Assembly (NCBI RefSeq): GCF_039654945.1
Contig: NW_027361991.1
Span: 186,001 to 250,000 of the forward strand
Length of the DNA stretch: 64,000 nt
Reading direction: 5' to 3'
DNA from: Dendrobates tinctorius
Taxonomy: Eukaryota
In this document: piece after piece, positions 51,901-64,000 of the stretch
Layout: each line of letters opens with the position of its first letter
Position numbering within the stretch: the first letter of the stretch is position 1
Translations under genes and position numbers: made by a program
Notes under the pieces: generated by a model
What the model was told of the DNA's origin: nothing
Seen by the model: only the letters and a program-made list of their open reading frames with translations
Databases searched by the model: none

Positions 51901-54900
51901 CAGTGGTGCAAGGTTCCACAGACACGGAGACATCTTCAGTGGTTGAAACAACTGCAGAATCCTCATCGCCAGGAGTATCCACTGAAAGTTCTCTAGTATC
52001 TGATCTGTCCACAAAAGGAACTCATACAGATCCCGATACTACTATAGCAGATTCACCTTCATCACCGTCTGTAACTTCAGTAAGTTCTCCTATGTCTGAA
52101 TTACAAACAGAAGGAACATCAGTGGTACCAGATTCCAAAACTGTGGAGACAACTACAGTGATGCAAACAGCTACTGAAACCTCCTCACTACCAGACGTGT
52201 CCACAAGAACATCTCCAATATCTGACCAATCTACAGAAAGAACACATTCACTACCAGATACCACAATAGAAGCATTATCATTATCTTCTGTACAGTCAGA
52301 GACTTCCATAGTTTCTACATTACTAACAGAAGGAACATCGGTGGTGCCAGGCTCCACAGCAGTAGAGACAGCTCCAGTAGTAGAAACAACTACAGAAACC
52401 TCATCGTTACCAGGAGGACCCACAGAAACTTCTTCAGTGTCTGATATAACAACAAAAGGGACATCAGTGGTGCAAGGTTCCACAGACACGGAGACATCTT
52501 CAGTGGTTGAAACAACTGCAGAATCCTCATTGCCAGGAGTATTCACTGAAAGTTCTCCAGTATCTGATCTGTCCACAAAAGGAACTCATAGAGTACCTGA
52601 TACTACTATAGCAGATTCACCTGCATCACCGTCTGTAACTTCAGTAACTTCTCCTATGTCTGAAGTACAAACAGAAGGAACATCAGTGGTACCAGATTCC
52701 ACAGCTGTGGAGACAACTACAGTAATGCAAACAACTACTGAAACCTCCTCACTACCAGAAGTGTCCACAAGAACATCTCCAATATCTGTCCAATCTACAG
52801 AAAGAACACATTCACTACCAGATACCACAACAGAAGCATTTTCAATATCTTCTGTACAGTCAGAGTCTTCTATAGTTTCTACATTACTACCAGAAGGAAC
52901 ATCGGTGGTGCCAGGCTCCACAGCAGTAGAGACAGCTCCAGTAGTAGAAACAACTACAGAAACCTCATCGTTAGCAGGAGGACCCACAGAAACTTCTCCA
53001 GTGTCTGATATAACAACAAAAGGGACATCAGTGGTGCAAGGTTCCACAGACACGGAGACATCTTCAGTGGTTGAAACAACTGCAGAATCCTCATTGCCAG
53101 GAGTATCCACTGAAAGTTCTCCAGTATCTGATCTGTCCACAAAAGGAACTCATACAGATCCTGATACTACTATAGCAGATTCACCTTCATCACCGTCTGT
53201 AACTTCAGTAAGTTCTCCTATGTCTGAACTACAATCAGAAGGAACATCAGTAGTATCAGATTCCAAAACTGTGGAGACAACTACAGTGATGCAAACAGCT
53301 ACTGAAACCTCCTCACTACCAGACGTGTCCACAAGAACATCTCCAATATCTGACCAATCTACAGAAAGAACACATTCACTAACAGATACCACAATAGAAG
53401 CATTATCATTATCTTCTGTACAGTCAGAGACTTCTATAGTTTCTACATTACTAGCAGAAGGAACATCGGAGGTGCCAGGCTCCACAGCAGTAGAGACAGC
53501 TCCAGTAGTAGAAACAACTACAGAAACCTCATCGTTACCAGGAGGACCCACAGAAACTTCTCCAGTGTCTGATATAACAACAAAAGGGACATCAGTGGTG
53601 CAAGGTTCCACAGACACGGAGACATCTTCAGTGGTTGAAACAACTGCAGAATCCTCATTGCCAGGAGTATCCACTGAAAGTTCTCCAGTATCTGATCTGT
53701 CCACAAAAGGAACTCATACAGTTCCTGATACTACTATAACAGATTCACCTTCATCACCGTCTGTAACTTCAGTAACTTCTCCTATGTCTGAAGTACAAAC
53801 AGAAGGAACATCAGTGGTACCAGATTCCACAGCTGTGGAGACAACTACAGTGATGCAAACAACTACTGAAACCTCCTCACTACTAGAAGTGTCCACAAGA
53901 ACATCTCCAATATCTGACCAATCTACAGAAAGAACACATTGTCTACCAGATACCACAATAGAAGCATTTTCATTATCTTCTGTACAGTCAGAGACTTCTA
54001 CAGTTTCTACATTACTACCAGAAGGAACATCGGTGGTGCCAGGCTCCACAGCAGTAGAGACAGCTCCATTAGTAGAAACAACTACAGAAACCTCATCGTT
54101 ACCAGGAGAACTCACAGAAACTTCTCCAGTGTCTGGTATAACAACAAAAGGGACATCAGTGGTGCAAGGTTCCACAGACACGGAGACATCTTCAGTGGTT
54201 GAAACAACTGCAGAATCCTCATCGCCAGGAGTATCCACTGAAAGTTCTCTAGTATCTGATCTGTCCACAAAAGGAACTCATACAGATCCCGATACTACTA
54301 TAGCAGATTCACCTTCATCACCGTCTGTAACTTCAGTAAGTTCTCCTATGTCTGAATTACAAACAGAAGGAACATCAGTGGTACCAGATTCCAAAACTGT
54401 GGAGACAACTACAGTGATGCAAACAGCTACTGAAACCTCCTCACTACCAGACGTGTCCACAAGAACATCTCCAATATCTGACCAATCTACAGAAAGAACA
54501 CATTCACTACCAGATACCACAATAGAAGCATTATCATTATCTTCTGTACAGTCAGAGACTTCCATAGTTTCTACATTACTAACAGAAGGAACATCGGTGG
54601 TGCCAGGCTCCACAGCAGTAGAGACAGCTCCAGTAGTAGAAACAACTACAGAAACCTCATCGTTACCAGGAGGACCCACAGAAACTTCTTCAGTGTCTGA
54701 TATAACAACAAAAGGGACATCAGTGGTGCAAGATTCCACAGACACGGAGACATCTTCAGTGGTTGAAACAACTGCAGAATCCTCATTGCCAGGAGTATCC
54801 ACTGAAAGTTCTCCAGTATCTGATCTGTCCACAAAAGGAACTCATACAGTTCCTGATACTACTATAACAGATTCTCCTTCATCACCGTCTGTAACTTCAG

Positions 54901-57900
54901 TAACTTCTCCTATGTCTGAAGTACAAACAGAAGGAACATCAGTGGTACCAGATTCCACAGCTGTGGAGACAACTACAGTGATGCAAACAACTACTGAAAC
55001 CTACTCACTACCAGAAGTGTCCACAAGAACATCTCCAATATCTGACCAATCAACAGAAAGAACACAATCACTACCAGATACCACAATAGAAGCATTTTCA
55101 TTATCTTCTGTACAGTCGGAGACTTCTATATTTTCTACATTACTACCAGAAGGAACATCGGTGGTGCCAGGCTCCACAGTATTAGAGACAGCTCCAGTAG
55201 TAGAAACAACTACAGAAACCTCATCGTTACCAGGAGGACCCACAGAAACTTCACCAGTGTCTGATATAACAACAAAAGGGACATCAGTGGTGCAAGGTTC
55301 CACAGACATGGAGACATCTTCAGTGGTTGAAACAACTGCAGAATCCTCATTGCCAGGAGTATCCACTGAAAGTTCTCCAGTGTCTGGTCTGTCCACAAAA
55401 GTAACTCATACAGTACCTGATACTACTATAGCAGATTCACCTTCATCGCCGTCTGTAAATTCACTAACTTCTCCTATGTCTGAAGTACAAACAGAAGGAA
55501 CATCAGTGGTACCAGATTCCACAGCTGTGAAGACAACTACAGTGATGCAAACAACTACTGAAACCTCCTCACTACCAGAAGTGTCCACAAGAACATCTCC
55601 AATATCTGACCAATCTACAGAAAGAACACATTCACTTCCAGATACCACAACAGAAGCATTTTCAATATCTTCTGTACAGTCAGAGACTTCTATAGTTTCT
55701 ACATTACTAAAAGAAGGAACATCGGTGGTGCCAGGCTCCACAGCAGTAGAGACATCTCCAGTAGTAGAAACAACTACAGAAACCTCATCGTTAGCAGGAG
55801 GACCCACAGAAACTTCTCCAGTGTCTGATATTACAACAAAAGTGACATCAGTGTTGCAAGGTTCCACAGACACGGGGACATCTTCAGTGGTTGAAACAAC
55901 TGCAGAATCCTCATTGCCAGGAGTATCCACTGAAAGTTCTCCGGTATCTGATCTGTCCACAAAAGGAACTAATACAGTTCCTGATACTACTATAACAGAT
56001 TCATCTTCATCACCGTCTGTAACTTCAGTAACTTCTCCTATGTCTGAAGTACAAACAGAAGGAACATCAGTGGTTCCCGATTCCACAGCTGTGGAGACAA
56101 CTACAGTGATGCAAACAACTACTGAAACCTCCTCACTACTAGAAGTGTCCACAAAAACATCTCCAATATCTGACCAATCTACAGAAAGAACACATTCACT
56201 ACCAGATACCACAATAGAAGCATTTTCGTTATCTTCTGTACAGTCAGCGACTTCTACAGTTTCTACATTACTACCAGAAGGAACATCGGTGGTGCCAGGC
56301 TCCACAGCAGTAGAGACAGCTCCAGTAGTAGAAACAACTACAGAAACCTCATCATTATCAGGAGTACCCACAGAAACTTCACCAGTGTCTGATATACCAA
56401 CAAAAGTGACATCAGTGGAGCAAGGTTCCACAGACACGGAGACATCTTCAGTGGTTGAAACAACTGCAGAAACCTCATTGCCAGGAGTATCCACTGAAAG
56501 TTCTCCAGTATCTGATCTGTCCACAAAAGGAACTCATACAGTACCTGATACTACAATAGCAGATTCACCTTCATCACCGTCTGTAACTTCAGTAAGTTCT
56601 CCTATGTCTGAACTACAATCAGAAGGAACATCAGTGGTATCAGATTCCAAAACTGTGGAGACAACTACAGTGATGCAAACAGCTACTGAAACCTCCTCAC
56701 TACCAGACGTGTCCACAAGAACATCTCCAATATCTGACCAATCTACAGAAAGAACACATTCACTAACAGATACCACAATAGAAGCATTATCATTATCTTC
56801 TGTACAGTCAGAGACTTCTATAATTTATACATTACTAGCAGAAGGAACATCGGTGGTGCCAGGCTCCACAGCAGTAGAGACAGCTCCAGTAGTAGAAACA
56901 ACTACAGAAACCTCATCGTTACCAGGAGGACCCACAGAAACTTCTCCAGTGTCTGATATAACAACAAAAGGGACATCAGTGGTGCAAGGTTCCACAGACA
57001 CGGAGACAACTTCAGTGGTTGAAACAACTGCAGAATCCTCATTGCCAGGAGTATCCACTGAAAGTTCTCCAGTATCTGATCTGTCCACAAAAGGAACTCA
57101 TACAGTTCCTGATACTACTATAACAGATTCACCTTCATCACCGTCTGTAACTTCAGTAACTTCTCCTATGTCTGAAGTACAAACAGAAGGAACATCAGTG
57201 GTACCAGATTCCACAGCTGTGGAGACAACTACAGTGATGCAAACAACTACTGAAACCTCCTCACTACTAGAAGTGTCCACAAGAACATCTCCAATATCTG
57301 ACCAATCTACAGAAAGAACACATTCTCTACCAGATAACACAATAGAAGCATTTTCATTATCTTCTGTACAGTCAGAGACTTCTACAGTTTCTACATTACT
57401 ACCAGAAGGAACATCGGTGGTGCCAGGCTCCACAGCAGTGGAGACAGCTCCAGTAGTAGAAACAACTACAGAAACCTCATCGTTACCAGGAGGACCCACA
57501 GAAACTTCACCAGTGTCTGAAATAACAACAAAAGGGACATCAGTGGTGCAAGGTTCCACAGACATGGAGACATCTTCAGTGGTTGAAACAACTGCAGAAT
57601 CCTCATTGCCAGGAGTATCCACTGAAAGTTCTCCAGTATCTGTTCTGTCCACAAAAGGAACTCATACAGTACCTGATACTACTATAGCAGATTCACCTTC
57701 ATCACCGTCTGTAACTTCAGTAACTTCTCCTATGTCTGAAGTACTAACAGAAGGAACATCAGTGGTACCAGATTCCACAGCTGTGGAGACAACTACAGTG
57801 ATGCAAACAACTACTGAAACCTCCTCACTACCAGAAGTGTCCACAAGAACATCTCCAATATCTGACCAATCTACAGAAAGAACACATTCACTACCAGATA

Positions 57901-60900
57901 CCACAACAGAAGCATTTTCTATATCTTCTGCACAGTCAGAGACTTCTATTGTTTCTACATTACTAAAAGAAGGAACATCGGTGGTGCCAGGCTCCACAGC
58001 AGTAGAGACATCTCCAGTAGTAGAAACAACTACAGAAACCTCATCGTTAGCAGGAGGACCCACAGAAACTTCTCCAGTGTCTGATATTTCAACAAAAGTG
58101 ACATCAGTGGTGCAAGGTTCCACAGACACGGGGACATCTTCAGTGGTTGAAACAACTGCAGAATCCTCATTGCCAGGAGTATCCACTGAAAGTTCTCCGG
58201 TATCTGATCTGTCCACAAAAGGAACTAATACAGTTCCTGATACTACTATAACAGATTCATCTTCATCACCGTCTGTAACTTCAGTAACTTCTCCTATGTC
58301 TGAAGTACAAACAGAAGGAACATCAGTGGTTCCCGATTCCACAGCTGTGGAGACAACTACAGTGATGCAAACAACTACTGAAACCTCCTCACTACTAGAA
58401 GTGTCCACAAAAACATCTCCAATATCTGACCAATCTACAGAAAGAACACATTCACTACCAGATACCACAATAGAAGCATTTTCGTTATCTTCTGTACAGT
58501 CAGCGACTTCTACAGTTTCTACATTACTACCAGAAGGAACATCGGTGGTGCCAGGCTCCACAGCAGTAGAGACAGCTCCAGTAGTAGAAACAACTACAGA
58601 AACCTCATCATTATCAGGAGTACCCACAGAAACTTCACCAGTGTCTGATATACCAACAAAAGTGACATCAGTGGTGCAAGGTTCCACAGACACGGAGACA
58701 TCTTCAGTGGTTGAAACAACTGCAGAAACCTCATTGCCAGGAGTATCCACTGAAAGTTCTCCAGTATCTGATCTGTCCACAAAAGGAACTCATACAGTAC
58801 CTGATACTACAATAGCAGATTCACCTTCATCACCGTCTGTAACTTCAGTAAGTTCTCCTATGTCTGAACTACAATCAGAAGGAACATCAGTGGTATCAGA
58901 TTCCAAAACTGTGGAGACAACTACAGTGATGCAAACAGCTACTGAAACCTCCTCACTACCAGACGTGTCCACAAGAACATCTCCAATATCTGACCAATCT
59001 ACAGAAAGAACACATTCACTAACAGATACCACAATAGAAGCATTATCATTATCTTCTGTACAGTCAGAGACTTCTATAATTTATACATTACTAGCAGAAG
59101 GAACATCGGTGGTGCCAGGCTCCACAGCAGTAGAGACAGCTCCAGTAGTAGAAACAACTACAGAAACCTCATCGTTACCAGGAGGACCCACAGAAACTTC
59201 TCCAGTGTCTGATATAACAACAAAAGGGACATCAGTGGTGCAAGGTTCCACAGACACGGAGACAACTTCAGTGGTTGAAACAACTGCAGAATCCTCATTG
59301 CCAGGAGTATCCACTGAAAGTTCTCCAGTATCTGATCTGTCCACAAAAGGAACTCATACAGTTCCTGATACTACTATAACAGATTCACCTTCATCACCGT
59401 CTGTAACTTCAGTAACTTCTCCTATGTCTGAAGTACAAACAGAAGGAACATCAGTGGTACCAGATTCCACAGCTGTGGAGACAACTACAGTGATGCAAAC
59501 AACTACTGAAACCTCCTCACTACTAGAAGTGTCCACAAGAACATCTCCAATATCTGACCAATCTACAGAAAGAACACATTCTCTACCAGATACCACAATA
59601 GAAGCATTTTCATTATCTTCTGTACAGTCAGAGACTTCTACAGTTTCTACATTACTACCAGAAGGAACATCGGTGGTGCCAGGCTCCACAGCAGTAGAGA
59701 CAGCTCCAGTAGTAGAAACAACTACAGAAACCTCATCGTTACCAGGAGGACCCACAGAAACTTCACCAGTGTCTGATATAACAACAAAAGGGACATCAGT
59801 GGTGCAAGGTTCCACAGACATGGAGACATCTTCAGTGGTTGAAACAACTGCAGAATCCTCATTGCCAGGAGTATCCACTGAAAGTTCTCCAGTATCTGTT
59901 CTGTCCACAAAAGGAACTCATACAGTACCTGATACTACTATAGCAGATTCACCTTCATCACCGTCTGTAACTTCAGTAACTTCTCCTATGTCTGAAGTAC
60001 TAACAGAAGGAACATCAGTGGTACCAGATTCCACAGCTGTGGAGACAACTACAGTGATGCAAACAACTACTGAAACCTCCTCACTACCAGAAGTGTCCAC
60101 AAGAACATCTCCAATATCTGACCAATCTACAGAAAGAACACATTCACTACCAGATACCACAACAGAAGCATTTTCTATATCTTCTGCACAGTCAGAGACT
60201 TCTATTGTTTCTACATTACTAAAAGAAGGAACATCGGTGGTGCCAGGCTCCACAGCAGTAGAGACATCTCCAGTAGTAGAAACAACTACAGAAACCTCAT
60301 CGTTAGCAGGAGGACCCACAGAAACTTCTCCAGTGTCTGATATGACAACAAATGGGACATCAGTGGTGCAAGGTTCCACAGACACGGGGACATCTTCAGT
60401 GGTTGAAACAACTGCAGAATCCTCATTGCCAGGAGTATCCACTGAAAGTTCTCCAGTATCTGATCTGTCCACAAAAGGAACTCATACAGTTCCTGATACT
60501 ACTATAACAGATTCACCTTCATCACCGTCTGTAACTTCAGTAACTTCTCCTATGTCTGAAGTACAAACAGAAGGAACATCAGTGGTTCCCGATTCCACAG
60601 CTGTGGAGACAACTACAGTGATGCAAACAACTACTGAAACCTCCTCACTACTAGAAGTGTCTACAAGAACATCTCCAATATCTGACCAATCTACAGAAAG
60701 AACACATTCACTACCAGATACCACAAGAGAAGCATTTTCGTTATCTTCTGTACAGTCAGAGACTTCTACAGTTTCTACATTACTACCAGAAGGAACATCG
60801 GTGGTGCCAGGCTCCACAGCAGTAGAGACAGCTCCAGTAGTAGAAACAACTACAGAAACCTCATCGTTACCAGGAGGACCCACAGAAACTTCACCAGTGT

Positions 60901-63900
60901 CTGATATACCAACAAAAGGGACATCAGTGGTGCAAGGTTCCACAGACACGGAGACATCTTCAGTGGTTGAAACAACTGCAGACTCCTCATTGCCAGGAGT
61001 ATCCACTGAAAGTTCTCCAGTATCTGATCTGTCCACAAAAGGAACTCATACAGTTCCTGATACTACTATAACAGATTCACCTTCATCACCGTCTGTAACT
61101 TCAGTAACTTCTCCTATGTCTGAAGTACAAACAGAAGGAACATCAGTGGTACCAGATTCCACAGCTGTGGAGACAACTACAGTGATGCAAACAACTACTG
61201 AAACCTCCTCACTACTAGAAGTGTCCACAAGAACATCTCCAATATCTGACCAATCTACAGAAAGAACACATTCTCTACCAGATACCACAATAGAAGCATT
61301 TTCATTATCTTCTGTACAGTCAGAGACTTCTACAGTTTCTACATTACTACCAGAAGGAACATCGGTGGTGCCAGGCTCCACAGCAGTAGAGACAGCTCCA
61401 TTAGTAGAAACAACTACAGAAACCTCATCGTTACCAGGAGAACTCACAGAAACTTCTCCAGTGTCTGGTATAACAACAAAAGGGACATCAGTGGTGCAAG
61501 GTTCCACAGACACGGAGACATCTTCAGTGGTTGAAACAACTGCAGAATCCTCATCGCCAGGAGTATCCACTGAAAGTTCTCTAGTATCTGATCTGTCCAC
61601 AAAAGGAACTCATACAGATCCCGATACTACTATAGCAGATTCACCGTCATCACCGTCTGTAACTTCAGTAAGTTCTCCTATGTCTGAATTACAAACAGAA
61701 GGAACATCAGTGGTACCAGATTCCAAAACTGTGGAGACAACTACAGTGATGCAAACAGCTACTGAAACCTCCTCACTACCAGACGTGTCCACAAGAACAT
61801 CTCCAATATCTGACCAATCTACAGAAAGAACACATTCACTACCAGATACCACAATAGAAGCATTATCATTATCTTCTGTACAGTCAGAGACTTCCATAGT
61901 TTCTACATTACTAACAGAAGGAACATCGGTGGTGCCAGGCTCCACAGCAGTAGAGACAGCTCCAGTAGTAGAAACAACTACAGAAACCTCATCGTTACCA
62001 GGAGGACCCACAGAAACTTCTCCAGTGTCTGATATAACAACAAAAGGGACATCAGTGGTGCAAGATTCCACAGACACGGAGACATCTTCAGTGGTTGAAA
62101 CAACTGCAGAATCCTCATTGCCAGGAGTATCCACTGAAAGTTCTCCAGTATCTGATCTGTCCACAAATGGAACTCACACAGTTCCTGATACTACTATAAC
62201 AGATTCACCTTCATCACCGTCTGTAACTTCAGTAAGTTCTCCTATGTCTGAAGTACTAACAGAAGGAACATCAGTGGTACCAGATTCCACAGCTGTGGAG
62301 ACAACTACAGTGATGCAAACAACTACTGAAACCTCCTCACTACCAGAAGTGTCCACAAGAACATCTCCAATATCTGACCAATCTACAGAAAGAAAACATT
62401 CACTACCAGATACCACAACAGAAGCATTTTCTATATCTTCTGCACAGTCAGAGACTTCTATAGTTTCTACATTACTAAAAGAAGGAACATCGGTGGTGCC
62501 AGGTTCCACAGCAGTAGAGACATCTCCAGTAGTAGAAACAACTACAGAAACCTCATCGTTAGCAGGAGGACCCACAGAAACTTCTCCAGTGTCTGATATG
62601 ACAACAAAAGGGACATCAGTGGTGCAAGGTTCCACAGACACGGGGACATCTTCAGTGGTTGAAACAACTGCAGAATCCTCATTGCCAGGAGTATCCACTG
62701 AAAGTTCTCCAGTATCTGATCTGTCCACAAAAAGAACTCATACAGTTCCTGATACTACTATAACAGATTCACCTTCATCACCGTCTGTAACTTCAGTAAC
62801 TTCTCCTATGTCTGAAGTACAAACAGAAGGAACATCAGTGGTTCCCGATTCCACAGCTGTGGAGACAACTACAGTGATGCAAACAACTACTGAAACCTCC
62901 TCACTACTAGAAGTGTCTACAAGAACATCTCCAATATCTGACCAATCTACAGAAAGAACACATTCACTACCAGATACCACAAGAGAAGCATTTTCGTTAT
63001 CTTCTGTACAGTCAGCGACTTCTACAGTTTCTACATTACTACCAGAAGGAACATCGGTGGTGCCAGGCTCCACAGCAGTAGAGACAGCTCCAGTAGTAGA
63101 AACAACTACAGAAACCTCATCGTTACCAGGAGGACCCACAGAAACTTCACCAGTGTCTGATATACCAACAAAAGGGACATCAGTGGTGCAAGGTTCCACA
63201 GACACGGAGACATCTTCAGTGGTTGAAACAACTGCAGACTCCTCATTGCCAGGAGTATCCACTGAAAGTTCTCCAGTATCTGATCTGTCCACAACAGGAA
63301 CTCATACAGTTCCTGATACTACTATAGCAGATTCACCTTCATCACCATCTGTAACTTCAGTAACTTCTCCTATGTCTGAAGTACAAACAGAAGGAACATC
63401 AGTGGTACCAGATTCCACAGCTGTGGAGACAACTACAGTGATGCAAACAACTACTGAAACCTACTCACTACCAGAAGTGTCCATAAGAACATCTCCAATA
63501 TCTGACCAGTCTACAGAAAGAACACATTCACTACCAGATACCACAATAGAAGCATTTTCATTATCTTCTGTACAGTCAGAGACTTCTATAGTTTCTACAT
63601 TACTACCAGAAGGAACATCGGTGGTGCCAGGCTCCACAGCAGAAGAGACAGCTCCAGTAGTAGAAACAACTACAGAAACCTCAACATTACCTGGGGGACC
63701 CACAGAATCTTCTCCAGTGTCTGATATAACAACAAAAGGGACATCAGTGGTTCAAGGTTCCACAGACACGGAGACATCTTCAGTGGTTGAAACAACTGCA
63801 GAATCCTCATTGCCAGGATTATCCACTGAATGTTCTCCAGTATCTGATCTGTCCACAAAAGGAACTCATACATTTCCTGATACGACTATAGCAGATTCAC

Positions 63901-64000
63901 CTTCATCACCGTCTGTAACTTCAGTTAATTCTCCTATGTCTGAAGTAGAAACAGAAGAAACATCAGTGGTACCAGATTCCACAACTGTGGAGACAACTAC
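21964..64000 (+). CDS. Giant mucin-type PTS-domain exon (partial: at least 14,011 codons, open at the window end)
   Basis: Frame +3, first full codon at 21966: STTTQTYRENTGSTAGDSVLPEPTTSSVLEIS... followed by 188-aa repeats. The frame has in-frame ATGs in every unit, yet the ORF track lists no closed ORF in it, which implies no stop before 64000. Hand count of the consensus unit: 43 T, 39 S, 16 P, 25 D/E, 4 K/R. Confidence 0.92.
23261..64000 (+). repeat. Coding tandem array of 564-bp units: about 72 complete copies plus a partial copy
   Basis: The landmark GGAACTCATACA recurs at ~23820, 24384, 24948, 25509 and then every 564 bp to ~63861. One unit is 561 bp (in-frame 3-bp deletion at ~24970). 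Confidence 0.97.

Noticed and set aside
21869-63873. Dozens of minus-strand 62-372-aa ORFs (MDRSDTGELSVDTPG..., MWTDQILENFQW...) that look like a tandem gene family
   Set aside because: They are antisense shadows of the + strand repeat. They start at GTG, are broken by stops in almost every unit and vary in length with single substitutions, whereas the + frame stays open throughout and has a splice acceptor.
23261-64000. Non-coding or centromeric satellite, or CRISPR-like array
   Set aside because: Unit lengths are multiples of 3, one frame stays open with mucin composition, and there are no unique spacers.

Overview
Eukaryotic, vertebrate DNA; the repeat landscape suggests a frog (inference). 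The window has two parts. (1) 1-21963 is a pile of nested, mostly dead transposable elements. These are a Penelope-like (Neptune-type) retroelement with a candidate minimal hammerhead ribozyme, a 3.65-kb almost fully palindromic hAT-type element with an 8-bp TSD, an intron-containing PIF/Harbinger transposase relic, a CR1 3' end, TTAA-associated MITE-like elements, a Tc1 relic and a SCAN-gag (Gmr1-like) LTR element without RT or integrase. This part is probably one large intron. (2) From a splice acceptor at 21963/21964 to the window end runs one uninterrupted + strand reading frame of at least 42 kb (about 14,000 codons). It encodes an acidic Thr/Ser/Pro-rich mucin-type domain of about 72 copies of a 564-bp (188-aa) unit. 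The unit is built from 42-aa and 31/32-aa sub-repeats and is further arranged in 5-, 12- and 4-unit higher-order repeats. The ORF track misses this frame because it has no stop inside the window; the many minus-strand ~184-aa ORFs are its shadows.
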